DNA of 64,000 nucleotides. It comes from Phoronis australis. Taxonomy: Eukaryota; Animalia; Phoronida. Location of the stretch: positions 708,944-772,943 of the forward strand of contig NMRA01000136.1 in the NCBI GenBank assembly GCA_002633005.1, in the 5' to 3' direction. Both the position numbers and the translations under genes were made by a program. This document shows, in pieces, positions 24,101-39,100 of the stretch (its first letter is position 1; every line of letters starts with the position of its first letter). The notes beneath the pieces were generated by a model that searched no databases, was not told the origin of the DNA, and worked only from the letters and a program-made list of their open reading frames with translations.

Positions 24101-27100
24101 CTTTTTGTGAAGAAGTCATGAACTGTCAGTTGTATAAACTGACAATATAATGCAGCAAGTAGCCTAAAGTCAAAAGTTGTTTTTGACAGAAAGCATGTGT
24201 TTAATACCGTTTTAATAAATGTAATATGCTATGTACCTTGTAAAAGTGTCTTTAATAAAGACAACTAATGCAACAGTTGTATGGCCACTTTTTTCAAACT
24301 CATCTTTTGCATGGAATGAGGCAATACTCATTTACGAGGGTCGCAGATTTTAATAATGAGTTTGATACTCACTATTCAGTGAAGAATACAAAGTCGCAAA
24401 ATGCGGGACCCCCGAAAGTGATGGTTACGCGCCATGAGGACACATGCGATTAAGACAGCACTGACCAGTCGCATTAATTCGAAATTTGTGCATTCCACAT
24501 TGACTCTATGCATGCAGCTCTTCATGTTAAAACCTCCAGCAATACAAAATAAATGTCCACGAAGGCAATACAAATGACAAGGCACACAAAATCATGAGCT
24601 GTTTGATGTAATGTTCTGTCTGTGTTTACAGCAAGTCTACCACATACTCAGTCTGTTGTCTGATGCTGGTAAACCTATTATGCTTGTTGGTGAGCATGGC
24701 TGTGGCAAGTCCTTGCTGACTATGGAGCGGATACAGGCTGTTTGTGGAGGGGAGGTGGCTGAAGTGCTCTCACTGGTTGTCAACTGTAATAAGTATGTAC
24801 TAGGCTTTGAATATGTGGTACTGTGCACACTAAGTCGCGCATTTTTGGCAGTGCTTGAAGGGAGATTGCGATGGACATTGTACCGGTGATTCGTCATTTT
24901 GTCACTACACTGATAGCATATTGTCTGTGGTAAAAATATTATATTTTGTATGAATTTAAAACTTAGGTTCCATGCAATTTTATTCCAGTATACAGGATGA
25001 TTTAGTTTTGCAATAGAAATATTTCTTGATTACTTTCACTCGTTGTGATTGTATTGCTAAATTTTCAACTTAACCTGCATGTTTTTGTTTTGCTTCTAAG
25101 TTTGTTTCCTTGTTTATGCATGAATTACATTAAAGGAATATAAAGTATAAAAAATTCTCCAAATATGTCACTTGTCAAATGTGCTGTTGGAATTGATGAC
25201 ATTTTCATAGCATATTGTGTAACACCTTATCTGTAGGTTCACCAATGCTCGACTACTGTACAACCGAATGGACGAGAAGTTGGAGTGGAAACACGGCCGG
25301 ACCTACGTACCCAAGGGTAACAAGAAGCTTATGTGTCTCATTGATGACCTGAACTTGGCACAGGTGAGATGTGTGTTACTTTCTGTGGCTGTTAACTGGC
25401 TGAATTATGAAAACTATCAAGATTAATGGTGTTTCTGATAGCATTGTAACCAAAGACGATGATTTGTACTAGGTTGGTTCATAGGTATGTTTTTAATGGC
25501 TTTGTCAACTTTTTGTGTTATCTCATACATTTTTCCCACAGGTTGACAAGAATGGAGACCAGACTGCTGTTGAGCTTGTCAGGCAACACCTTGATGAGGG
25601 TGGTTTTTATGATGTCGACTCGTTCTCGTGGCGATACGTGAGGAATGTCAGCTACGTCAGCACAGTGAACCCTACCAATAGTGGTTCTACACCGAGACTG
25701 AGTCAGAGGCTTCTCCGACATTTTGCATTGTTTGGGGTGCCTTATCCGCAGTGAGTAGCATTTTATCTTAATTTGTAACTGTGGTAAATTTTAAACATAA
25801 TTGTGACTTTATTAATTGACTACTTTGTTGAGAGTTGCTTTTAGCGAATATATGTTCTGTTATATTGCTTTTGGTTCCTTTTACTCTGAAATGCCTTATA
25901 ATTTTAAGCCATTGACATATTTGTTTCAAAATAATTGTTATATTTTTATAGCAGTTGCGGTGATCAGAAATATCTGCATTCATTGATATTTTATACTTTA
26001 TTATTTTATGGCACGCTGTAATTGGGCAGTGGCTTCAGGTTATGTAGGACCTTAATAAACGACCTCCACTCTAAGTCAAATATCGGAAAAACTTTTCAGT
26101 AAAATCAGCTGTGGGATTATGTTTTGTGAGTGTACCTTTCTTACACGGGAAAATTTGACTTAAAAAATGTGGTCGCGTGACAATAATAAAGACATAGTAG
26201 CAAGAAGCATATATTTTTAGAGTCCTCTGTCTTTCTCCTTTCATAAAATAATACTTTTAATGGCTGACAAAGCATACAGTTTTTTGATATTTGAAGTCGT
26301 TTACTAAGGTCCTAGATAACCTTAAATTTTACTTCTGGAATTAGAAATAATGTGAATAAAAGACTGTTAAACAGTGCAGTTCAAATGTTGGGATCTCAGC
26401 ATGCATCTTGAATCATTAACGTGTGTTCCAACTACAGGGCTAGTGAGCTGCAGACTATCTTCTCCACCCTGCTTCAGACTCACTTCATCACACCTGAGAT
26501 GACCTCCACTGTCAACATCAGTGCCCCAGCAGCACAGCACTTGGGTATACATGATGAGAAGGTGAGCTATTTGTATGGACATAATGGAATGATCTCATAC
26601 TCATGGACTAAGTGGGATGCGTTTTCATACACATGGAAGTTGTAGGATGTTCTCTTACACGTGGGCATATTGAAATGCGCTCATATATAATTATGGACAT
26701 ATTAATGAGGTGCTCTCATACATGTACAGGTAGTACATATTAATAGACGGGATGCTCTCATACCCATGAACATATTAAGCAATGCTCTCCTAAACATGGA
26801 CATAATGGGATGCCCTAATACACATGGACATAGTGGGGTGCTCTAATACACATGGACATAGTGGGGTGCTCTCATACACATGGACATAACCGGATGCTTT
26901 CATACACTTGGATATAATGGGGGTGCTCTCATACACATGGACATAACCGGATGCTTTCATACACTTGGATATAATGGGGGTGCTCTCATACACGTGAACA
27001 TAGTGGGATGCTCTGATACACATGGACATAACAGGATGCTCATAATTAGACATAATGGCATGCTGTCACACACATGGACGTAGTGAGATTCCCTAATACA

Positions 27101-30100
27101 CATAGACATAGTGGGGTGCTCTCATACACATGGATATAGTGGGGTGCTCTAATACACATGGACATAGTGGGGTGCTCTCATACACATGGATATAGTGGGA
27201 GTGGTTCCGTTAGATCCACATGTATTCACACACACACCAGTGGCTAGGATTTAATTTGAACGAGTAACAACTGCTCATGCAAAAATAGCCGTGATCTTGA
27301 AATTCACCAAAATTAATTAATGCTTAATGTTATGAGGAGAATATGACTGTTAAAAACAAATATTTTGTTGGTTTTAATGGTTTGAATAGAGCATGAATTT
27401 AAAACTGTTTCACCATAATCTCTCATACATCGGTATGATTTTGGACATTGTAAACTTGCTGTATTGTATGGATTGTATTACTATTGAAACATTAGAGAAT
27501 GCCCAAGTTTGTTAGGAATGCCTATTGAGAATGCACTATGTCAATGTTTTGGTGTGGTTAGAATTAGCGTAACACAAGAGATTGTTTGAAGATTTGAAAC
27601 ACTGCAACAGGGTTCTAGTTGCACTATTGTACAGGTTGTGTTAGTGAGTCTTAATTGCTTAAAGGTAACGCGTGACTCAAGTGAAGATGCTTTCTGTTCT
27701 TCAGTGCACATAGGCAAGATCGGTGCTGTCTGATAGATATTTGCCAAAAACAGATTATACAACTCCTGCTTGTTTTAAAGTCCTGCGCAGTGCTAACTTA
27801 AACCAGGGTTGAAAAGTTTAAACTTAAATAAAATAAAGTTAATTGTGGCCATTTAGAGTAATTGGAATCTCTAACTTGCCTTATTAAAGAACCAAATGAA
27901 ATAGGTCGTCAAGAAATCAAAATGTTGCTTTTAACAGTTGGTATACTCTTAGTAAATACTGGTAGTGTGGCGTTACCATGACCACCTGCCTACTCTAAGT
28001 TAAGGTATAAAGCATATTCAGTAACAAGTGATCAACTTCTCCGTTAAATGAGGACAATTTGAGCTTGGTGGTCTGTCTCCACTCTGGTATATTAAGGAGC
28101 TGATATTGGATTGGGATTGTCCACATGTAAGGATTCATCTCAAGACAAGTCTTGGCTATGGCTTTGGTAATTCATGGCTGCATTATTTCTATATTTTGCT
28201 CCTCAAACGTTTGAAATTCCTTAAATTAGGATTGTGTAATAACTGAACTTTTAAGTAAACACAGTGCACTGTGTTTGTACATGCACAGGTACACTTGCAA
28301 ACACCATCTTCACTTAATCTCACACTCTAAGCTTTACTTATCGACTCAAAAGGTGAAAGCCATTCAGCTATTACACCCATCAAGCCGTGGACTAGCTGTA
28401 GTTATGCGGTCAAGTGATCAGTGTGAGTCTGAGTGGATTAAAATGAGAAAGGTGAACAAAGGCATAGCTTGTTGATTGCTTGCTTGTTGAAAATTTTGTT
28501 GTTGGAATATCACATTGTAGAAAGTTGGTTTTGTGTTACTTTGTAAGAGATGAAAAACAGTCTGGTTAAAACCTTAGAAATACCATTCATGCAGCACGTG
28601 AACCAGTGATGTGTACAATCTTAATGGATGGAATAACTTTATATAGATTTTGATGATATCGAAGCTATGTAATTCTTTCCAATCACTTACTTTTTAACAA
28701 ACATTTAAACCAAAACATTGCTTTGTAAGCCTTTCAAACTGGTCTTTTCGTGCCATGATGGTATGTGCTTCATCTTTTAGTTGTGGTAATAGAGAGCTAA
28801 CCTTTGATGGAATTAAAGTGATCAAATTTGAAAATACTGGTGAGCCCTATGGTTTTCTGAAGCTTTTTACTCTCAAGTAACCTGAATTCCTATCCTGAGT
28901 TCAGAAACAAAAGTCCTATCCTGTTAAGGAAAATTGGAATCTGATTTTGTAAGATTTTTATTTTGTTTTTTGGACAGCTCAACTGAAGAAATTACAGCTT
29001 TAAATGTGAGAGATAATGTGCAATTAACAATATTTTACATATAATCCTGTCAAAATATTAAATTTGAAGCCCGGGGAATGTTAACTCTTTCACAATGCTT
29101 TTTGTCAGTTCAGCATATGTTACTTACTACAAAAGGTATTTTGGAATTTTAGGTCGATTTCTAGAAAAATGAAATCATAAAGTTTAAATAACAATTTCTC
29201 AAATGAGATGTGTGATGAAGTGAGCAAGCTACAGAGATAGTGTCCAACCCAAGTAAACTGCGTTCCCTCTCCTTTCAGTTTTCATAACTGTACTTATTGG
29301 TCACAAGTCACCTGCACATTGTCAGTCCCAGTTCAGACTCATGACAATTTGGCATAAGCTTTGATGCCACAAACTTAAAGAAAACTTACAGCAATTCACC
29401 CAGTGTAACTCACGGATTGTGTGACTTGCTCATAGTATCTCATTTCCAGTTTGTTTTCATAAAATAGATTCCAAATACTTGTAAGATTATTGAAATATGC
29501 CAAATTGACTAACAGTGCCTTCAAAAAAGCACCATTCCCTTTTAAGTTGTCGTTTGTCCAACAAAATCCCTACAGACTTGATATAGTACACGCTACAAAA
29601 CTCATTTTTTGTCCAAGAGGAAGATCGAAACCATGGAAACGCAACCAACAGTTCTTCTCTGCCGGGCTACATCTGCACAACATTCTGGGTTTGGCTATTC
29701 CAAACCAAAGGGGGTAATAAAACAATTATTTCCTCAGCCAGTTCCATAAACCATGTTTGCCTACATGGGCCACCTAGGACAGTTGTATGACTAAAAGAAA
29801 GGCTCATAAATAACTACTTTCACTGACCTTCATGTCAGTTTCAAAAGGCCTGTTGTGTGTGAATGACACTCTTGAGTTACTGTACCTCCAAAATTCTAAA
29901 TCTCATATGGGCTTGTTACCCCCTACAAGCCCACAATGAATGTCAGTATCATTTAACCATACTGTTTTCCTCGAAGCTAACTCACTGTTCACATTGTGTG
30001 TGTGCCAATTCTAGGATGATGAAGAATGGAGGGTAAGATTGAACAGTCATGGTTTGTAGATGTTGTGACTCTGGTAGTAACATTGCTGTTCTGTAGCTGA

Positions 30101-33100
30101 CACTGTCATTTTGCATGGCCATGTCATTATTCCGGTATATGTTGCCTGCCACAAGGATCAGCACTTTTTCATCACCAGTGTCATAATATCCTGAGTGCAC
30201 ATAAATGATAGTGCGGTTATTTGAACATTGCACATCTTGGTTTCTGCTCTTTTGCAGTCTGTAAATTGGGATTTTTTACACCAACTATTATCGTTTCATT
30301 GCAAAACAAGCTGGTGCACAACTTAGTAGTGTCCTTTTGCTATTACTGACTCATCTTGTATTCTCTGCAATGCGCATTAATCTGATAACTTTGCACGGTA
30401 GTAGGAACATATGGCTTATTATTCATTTGTTTGGCTCGTTTGGTATGTGAGACATAAACTATTACTTAATGTTTTGTTTGATTGCAGTGAACTAACCCAT
30501 TTTGGTAATCTCTTAAACAATCTACTTCTTGACAAATTGGAATACACAAAAACGGTTTGATTGGAATACACAAAAACGGTTTGATTGTATAGGTTATGGC
30601 AACTAAACCTGGTTTCACTTTTAGTACAGAGGTTTTCTGACAGAGCCCCCCCCCCCGTCTAAGACAAAAGCCCCATGGAGACTTTCAAAAACAAGGTTTG
30701 AAAAAGCCCACAAGGAGCTCTCCTGGAATTATTTGTTTGTCTTGTGCATATGTAAGATATGGCCGCAATGTCAATATTTTATCAAATGGTTTTTAAAAAG
30801 TGCTTTGAAATATTTCAAGTTGATCACTTTTCTATAGAAATGTGGTCAGACTTCTGTTATATTGTCCAAGTTGCTTACAAAGCCAAACCATCCTCGTGTA
30901 ACATACCTGTACAACACATGGCCATATATGGATGCTGCGGGTGGCAATACAAGTCTCTAAAAGAGCGCCATCAATTTTTTGGAAAGCCCCAATTGGGATA
31001 TTTTTTAGCACTCTGTCACTTCGGTAATATGAACATTTCCAATGTGTATGAACACCAGTTTGAGTTGATGTCGAATGAATTTCTGTCACAGTGTGTATTG
31101 GTCACTCACTGTTTGCACTTGATTGAAGAGACTGCAGTGTTTGGTGATGGTGAGAAGTGGCATCTTCCAGTTAGACTGCTAGTTTTAAATTTTCATTTTT
31201 CAAAAGTTTTTAATATAAGTGATATTTCAATTATATTGTGTTTTATTCATTCTTTTCAAACTTAAACACTGGATGTCCATTGCTCATTGATACAGGGTGA
31301 CCCAGAGAAAGCATACCTGGATGAAAAAAATCCCTTTTCTAATCCTACTTAAAGTCATGAACTTCGGTTTGTGGATGACCTTTCAATTATACAAGTCTGT
31401 TTGGATTGATTTTCCTGTTATTTCCAAAAGAATTGAAGTACATAATTGTGTGGGCATTCTGGGCTCACCTATTCATGGATCCAAATGGGGAATTCAAACA
31501 ATTACTTTCCTAAGCAGGACCATAAATCTTTGTTAAGGTATGTTTAGTTACATAGTCCAACTACAACAGTTGCATACTAAAGGCACGTCTCACAAGGAAC
31601 TGCTTTCACTGACCTTGCCTGTCAATTTCAAAAGACCTATTAAGCAACACCCTTGATTTACAACCCTTAGCAAAATTCTGAGGCCCAGTATGTGGACTAG
31701 TTACCTCCTTTGTTCGGGGTCATTTTTGGGTCACCTTGTATACACACCAGTAGACTAATCACAATTTTGTCAATAATGTTTAGTACCAAATCAAATGCCT
31801 GTTTGTGTTACATGAGCATTTATTTAGTGCACTGTGCACTGCACTAAACTTCCAGTATCTTCACCTGTACACATTAACTGACTGATTGATATCTAATATC
31901 CCTTTTGAAACAGTTTACATTTACCATGTGTTGGACCTTTTACAATACAGGTACACAATGTCATAAAGGATGAGGAAGAGCTTCTGAAGAAGCTCATCAA
32001 ACTTGTGGTTTGTGTCAACATCGAGTTACAAACTCGCATGCGTGGCATGTTTCTGCCAACAGCCCAGAGGTGTCACTACATATTCACCATGAAAGACCTT
32101 GCAACAATATTCAGGTAACACATGCCATAAAACTGTGGTATGTGATTTGTAGAAGTTGCTCAATATATTCACATTCAGAATCTTTAATTTTTAACTTGTA
32201 CCTCTTATTGAAAGGTGTAGTCATTAAGTTGTTATCAAAGAAATTGTATATAGTAGCAAGTTGAAAGTATCGTTGGCTTTCTCGAAAGTTACTTCACTCT
32301 ATGTTAATACTCAACATTTATTCATTTTGCAGAAATTTGACCCTGTCGTTGCGTCCTGGCTGTAGTCGAACCAATTTCCTGTTACTATGGCAACACGAGT
32401 GTAACTGGGTGTACAACAAGAGAATGGTGTCCAGCGTAGACCGTGACAGATATGACACGGCCTTCGCCACTGCTGTCCGGAAGGATTTCACTGATGATGA
32501 ACAGGTAAATACTCTCATCTGTCATGTTGACTCTAACAATGCATAAGTTGTACACCTTTTTATAAGCACCAACTATCCTTTGTAAATTCCAGGATAGTTT
32601 CAATAGATGGTTGTACCAATAAGCTAACTTGTTCTAGAGATAAATGTAGCCATTCTGTGTCTTTCCTCACAACTTAAAATAAAAATTGTTATTGCATATC
32701 TCACCATGTAAACTACATGACTTGTTTTGACTCGTCACTGCGTTGAGATTGAATTTTGTCATGATAATGAATTTGGCTTACTTGTGTCGAGTTTGAAAAC
32801 CTAGTGCAATGGCTACAACCCCATCTTTCATTTCACCCTCTCACTCAGATCAACTTGCTTATCAACATTGACAAGCCAGTGTTCAGCAACTTGATGGAGC
32901 AGGATTCTGGTGCTGTCACTGCGGGTTACTCCAGTATCAGCCGGATTAGCGACACCATCACCGAGGAGGACTTAAAGACGGATGGTTTCAGATCTGGAGT
33001 GTCATGGGATGACTTGAAAGTACTGATGGAGCGAGGGGTTGAGGAATACAACAAGAACCACCCTCGCATCAAACTGCACCTCTACAGGGTAATGAAATGG

Positions 33101-36100
33101 CTTGAATGATTAGAGGATTTGGACGATATTATAATTATTAATTTCCATCATTCTAGGAATGTAGCATGAAAAGAATTGTGCCACATCAATATGATCATCT
33201 ACAGGGATGTTCATTGGAATTTTGGTTGAATAAGAAACAGTCTGTGGATCTTTTGTTGTATTGTTCAGATTCTGAATATTTGTTGGTTGTTTTCAGGGTG
33301 GGTAAATGAAAATGAAATGAAATGTTAAATAAATATAAATATTTTGCTTCATTGGAGAAGCTGATAACTATTGCAAATTTCAACATAACTTTTACTTTTT
33401 TTATTTACTTGGTTCCCTGATAAACAATCTATCATGATAAACATTTCAACTCCTTTGCAGATGGTGATTGAAAAAGTGTGCCGGCTAGCCCGCATCATTG
33501 CCTCGCCACATGAGGTTGCACACTGCCACCTGGTGGGCGATGGAAGCCCTGGCCGGTGTACGATTCTTGCCCAGTTGGCTGCCCATCTGTGTGGCCACTC
33601 TGTGTTCAAGATAAACCCCGTGTCCACGGTGGGGTCTACTGAAGACCGGATGGAGCAGTTCAAGGCTGATCTGGTGGCTGGGTACACTCGCGCTGGTGTT
33701 AGGGTAAGTGGGCCTCTTTTAGGAAAGTCATTGCTGAGGTCATGGTATTTTATTTTATTAGTATGCTGCATGATGATGTTCCTCAAGTGTTAATACGAAC
33801 TAAAGTACTGTAGAACGTAGTTTCGACCTTATAAAAAGATTAAGAATTTCATTTACACTTATCGTACATACAATCTGGTTTGTTTTCATGTTAGGTTGAG
33901 GCAGTTTATGTATTCCCAAGCTAGAGTAGATTGGGACAACATTTAAATTGTCAGTCAGTTTATCCAGGCCTTGGCTGTTACATCCGCATTCATGCTTATT
34001 TCGTTTTCTCTCTCTTTCTACATTCGGAACACTACTTTTGATAGGAGAAGAATACTTCCAGAGGAGAACTTGATTTTCTTTAAAAAAGTATTGTGAGGTT
34101 GCCTTATACACAATACAGAGTGCTTATCCGGGCCTACTGCACCAGACACCCGATACCATTTTTTGTTTATTAATGTACTCATATAACACAGACTTATACA
34201 CAAACTAAGACCAAGCTGAGGAGCTAGACACTTGACTCTGTGAGGTCTCATGGGATTTGAAGCCTTGAGAACAGGAGGCAGACACTCAACCTACTGTCTC
34301 AAATTGTTTAATCATGATATTCTTATTTGATGAATAACTTTGTTGTATCTACTGTCATTTGTGACCAGTTAGGCTTCAAAGAGACACCTTCTATTACCCA
34401 CACTTTCCGAAATCATGTGAGACATTGAATGTGAGTTGTTTTTTCTGCAGAGTGAGAAGCTTCTGCTCATCCTAAGTGAAGAAGAACTTCTAGAGGAGAA
34501 CTTCCTGGTCTTCATCACTGAGTTTGTGGTGAATGGTGCCATCAGTCATCTGTTCAGCTATGAGGAGACAACGACCATTATTAACTCTATCAGGACCGAG
34601 GTGACTCAGGCTGGCCTTACTTACACCAGGGAGGTGGCTTGGGACTTCTTCCTCAAGTAAGAGCGTCTAACAAAGCATCAACTTCTGTGGTTTTCAGGAA
34701 ACAAGTTGTCAACTAGCTTCTTGATGAAATTTTAAACTTAAGCTAGAAATTTCAGCTAAGTAATAACAGCTAATTTAGACGAGTTCCTTTGATGATTTTC
34801 ACCATTTGTACATCTCACCAGTGAAAATTTGAATCTCAGTAGTATTTACATTTTATTTATATCTTAACAATTACACAATTGTGAATAGAAGGGGGAGTAT
34901 ATAATTCAGAGATTACTCAAATATTGTCAAATAACTCACCATAGCCAAATGTGGAATGGATATTTTATGTGTTCTTAATAAAATGTAAGGGAATCTTGAT
35001 GAACATTTCAGAACTGTGCGCAACAACTTCCGCGTGTGCCTCATCTCCACTGGAGGCGGAGCCAGTTTCCAGCGGAGATGCCGTGAGTTCTCCCAGCTGA
35101 CCAAGAACGTCAACTTCTTCTGGTTCTCTCACTGGTCCAGAACTAAGCTGGTGGAGCATGCTGCCTATCAACTGTCAGGTAGGTTAGATTGACAAGGGGT
35201 ATCAGTGGGGAGTGGTTACAATTAGTTAATATTATGCATTTGTAAGAATGTGAACTACACTCATATTTCCCACATAGACGTCAGCTGTGGCTGGTATTCA
35301 CTTATGGTGGACCTGCAAGCAGCGCTGGAGCTGCAGTGCAGTCTACTGGTTTGAAAAGCTCATAGGAAGCAGTTACCCTACATCCCCGTTTTGGTTCATA
35401 TGAATTCACTTAAAAATATTTTTCGATAACTTTGATCATCCAAAACTGCCTGTGTAAGTGACAATTGTACAGAATTAATTGCCTCTAGCTAGTGGTTGTA
35501 TACAGCCACAACAATTGTCTAAAATCACAGTGAGATCATTCGAATGCCTAACCAATCCAGTGCTTAAACGTTGCTGTGTTCCATAGATTTCCTTACCACA
35601 TGCCAGATATTCCTTGTCTGAATATTGCTTGGTTATTGTTTTCACCCAATTACCATGATTGTAGGCCTTCAGTGGATGCCTGGTATTCACCGTGAGAACA
35701 TCTCGCACATGTTGGCATCAATGCATTTGGTGATCCGCCAGCAGGACGGACAGGAGCAGGGTGTGGGGGACTATAGTCATCTGACCAACACAACCTATGA
35801 GAAGTTTGTTGAAAGGTATCACTAGTTTGTTGTAAGAGAAGGGAATCCCTCGGGTCTCTTACTTGAAGTTACTTATTAAGCTCCAGCCAGAAATTTTGTC
35901 TAACGTCCCACGCAATTGTTTGAAGAAACTAATAAATTGAATCTTTTGTATTGTTTAGATTCATAACTCTGGCCAATCGTCAGTACCACGGTGTTGTCTC
36001 CAGCCACAACATGGTCACCTCAGCTCTATCTCAAATCAAAGAGGAGGACCGCAGAGTTGACAAATTACAGAAATCTCTCAACCATGAGTGTGTTGTCTTG

Positions 36101-39100
36101 GAGGAACGTAAGGCTGTAAGTCTTCTCTCAGAATATTTTGATTAAAGTAGTGTTGTGTAAATATGTCTTAGGCTAGTTACATACTGTTTGTTCATTAAAT
36201 ATGTGTTTTACACACTACTATATGTTGTAGATTGAACATTGCTTTAAAAACCCGGTATGCTAGCTAGCACCTACTTCCAGTGTCTGGTGTCTGAACTAGT
36301 TTGTTCAACCATGTGATGAGCCAGTCAACCCAACTTATTTAGCCTCGTCTTGAACAATTACAGAGTTCTTCGCAAGCCTAGATGTCACTGAGTGGAGAAT
36401 AGATTGACATCAATCTGCTACATTTAGGCGTTCAGATTTGACAGAAAGCATCAGTATAGCAGATTTTAGTAACTGTATGTGTCTGTTTTTGTTTCAGGGC
36501 ACAGTTAAGATATTGTCTCAGATAGGCCAGGACACAGCTATTACAGAGCAACAGGTGAAAATTGTCAAGCAGCAGATGGACAAGATTCAAAGACTAAAAA
36601 AGGTATTCCTTAGATTTTATTCTCAAACCAAAGGAGCTGCTGTGGTTGCGTGCATTGGGCGGTTTTCAGCCACGTTATACCTAGGGTTTTCTTTATAGTC
36701 GCACCTACTTTGTATCCTATTTAAGAGGGTTTGCCTTATTTCTGAAAATAGCTCTCTTTTACACAATATTTTTTAACAAAATTGGTATACTTACACAATT
36801 GAACTTTATCTTTGAACATTGTCAATATATAACTAAGTTTAAATATTTAATATTAACATTATTTGAAAGCTTTTGCATTTACACTCGTCTGTATGTGTCT
36901 TGTTGCAGCTGTTACCAGAATACCAAGTGGCTCACGAACGTGCTGTATTCAAGGCCATCGGCATTGTTGGCAACACTAAGAAGATTGTCAAAGAAATGAA
37001 CATTGAGAGTCTGGGAGAACTGAGAGCTATGCAGAAACCCAACATTGACATTGAAGACTTGATGGCAGCCATTATCATGATATGTAAGGGAAGGGGGGAT
37101 GGATATCAGCTGTGAATTTCATTGATGCCATTGTGATGTCAGGCTTACATGAATCTGTAATTCTCAAGTACTAACTAGAATATTTTCAAGCGTAATCAGT
37201 TTGTTTGTCTAATACTAGGTAGTATCTAGTGATAACTAAATAGCATACAAAGTTCTGCAAGGTTTTCACTGTATTTATATGTCCTTGTATGCGCAAACTT
37301 TTTGATCCAAAAGCTACTTGGTGGTGTAAAATTGTCTAAAGCGGTCTAGTGTAATGCAATTATCTCTATTGACATAGTGTTTATTGTCATTGCAGTGAAG
37401 AATCCATCAGCTGATCTCACCTGGCAGAAGGGTGCTAAGAGACAGATGGCCAATCTGGAGCGTTTCATTGAGGAGCTTCAATCATTTGATGAGAATGTGC
37501 TACCAGAGCCAACACTGAACTTGGTGGAGCCATACTTGAAGAAGCCATCGTTTGAGGGAGAGGCTATGTTGAAGAAAACCAACAATGCTGCCTGTCAATC
37601 ACTGTGTGATTGGGTGAAGGGTGTGGTCAGGTAGGCATAGCCTTTCTCTTATGAGAAGTGCTTGTGATGAAGTAGTTTGCTTCATTGTCAGTTTTGGTAA
37701 TCAAGGATCTTGACTACAATCTGCAATTGTCAGCAGTAGAAATTTGATAACTGCTATGTTCAGGAATGCCAGCCCATATTGCTTTTGCATAAAACTTGCT
37801 AAATTGACTTTTTCAAGTAATGGTATTTGGTGTTTGTTTGCACAAAGGTACAACCGAATGATGATCTCAAAAGTCAAACCACTTCACACCAAAGTGGAAA
37901 AGACCACTCATGCTGTCGACAATGCTGAAAATAAAATGGCGACTCTTGAAAACAAGCGAAAGGCACTTGAGGTGCGTCTTGCCGACCTAGCTCGGGGATT
38001 CGAAGAAGCGACAATTGATAAGAATAATCAGGATGAGAAGACGAGAAACATGTCGAAAATGCTGGAGCTTGCTGACCGCTTGCGTCGAGTGTTGAGCCGA
38101 GAGCATGCTCGCTGTGATCAGATCTTTCATTCGTTGCCACGTCGTGAGATGGCGGTGCCAGGAAGCTGCGCCATTGCCGCAGGCTTCGTGTCCTATCTCG
38201 GACCCTATCATTACAATTTCCGCCGTGTCATGCTGTCATTCCATTGGCCAAAATGTCTGAAGGAAAGAGGTATTCCTCTGGTGATTGACACCATAGATGA
38301 TATCAAAGGTAAGATTATTGTTTTTTGCTTGCTACAGAATTCTGACACATGATACTAGGGTTCACCATTCATGAGGCTGATTGATTTTTCCTTTTCAACT
38401 GTTTTGTGCTTTTTCCTTTCATGTCTGAGTCTTTTCTGAAAAGATTACTGATTAATTCATTACTTTTTTATTTTTGTAGGACGCATAATATTGTTTTCTA
38501 TGGAAGGTCTTCGTCGCCCTGGTGGCATGGTAGCCAATGACTATGAGCAAAACTATGATTCTGATGATGACGATGCTGAATTTGAGAATGAAACATTGAT
38601 TCTTGAGCAGGAAGGAGCAAGTCGTGCTCTGTCACAGGTTATTTCTGAGGCAAGAGAAGAAGACTATGGAGAGAAAGAGGAAGGTGAGGAACAAGAAGGA
38701 ATGGATGAGGGTGGTGAAGAGAAGATTGCACATGAGACTCATGAGACTGAGAACATGGAAAAGGATACATTGGAGGCAAAGAAAAGGGAAAGTGGGGAAA
38801 AGGAAGAGGAAGTTGGAGAAAGTGGAAGCAAGGAAGTTGGAGAAAGTGGGAGCAAGGAAGTTGGAGAAAGTGGGAGCAAGGAAGATGTTGTAGGGCAAAG
38901 TAGGGAAAAGATGAAGAGCGGCAGTGAGAGTGGATCTAAATCAAAGTTAAGTAAATCAGAGAGTGAGGCAGAGAGTGAGGCCAAGGTGAAGACTGGGTCA
39001 GAGAACGAAGGAAGTAAAAGTTCAAAGGTCAGCAGCAGAAGCGAAGAGAAGGTGAAAAGTCAAGCCGAGAGTAAAGAATCTAAGAGTAGTGTTGAAAGTG

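Noticed and set aside
26790-27083. ORFs with HYVHVYESTP / GYNGGALIH repeats
   Set aside because: Artefact of the 28-29 bp minisatellite.
30759-31265. 168-aa intronic + strand ORF as a nested gene
   Set aside because: No recognisable domain or splice context; composition fits chance or a decayed repeat.
38603-38984. Alternative-frame and antisense ORFs over exon 42
   Set aside because: Shadows of a purine-rich low-complexity exon.
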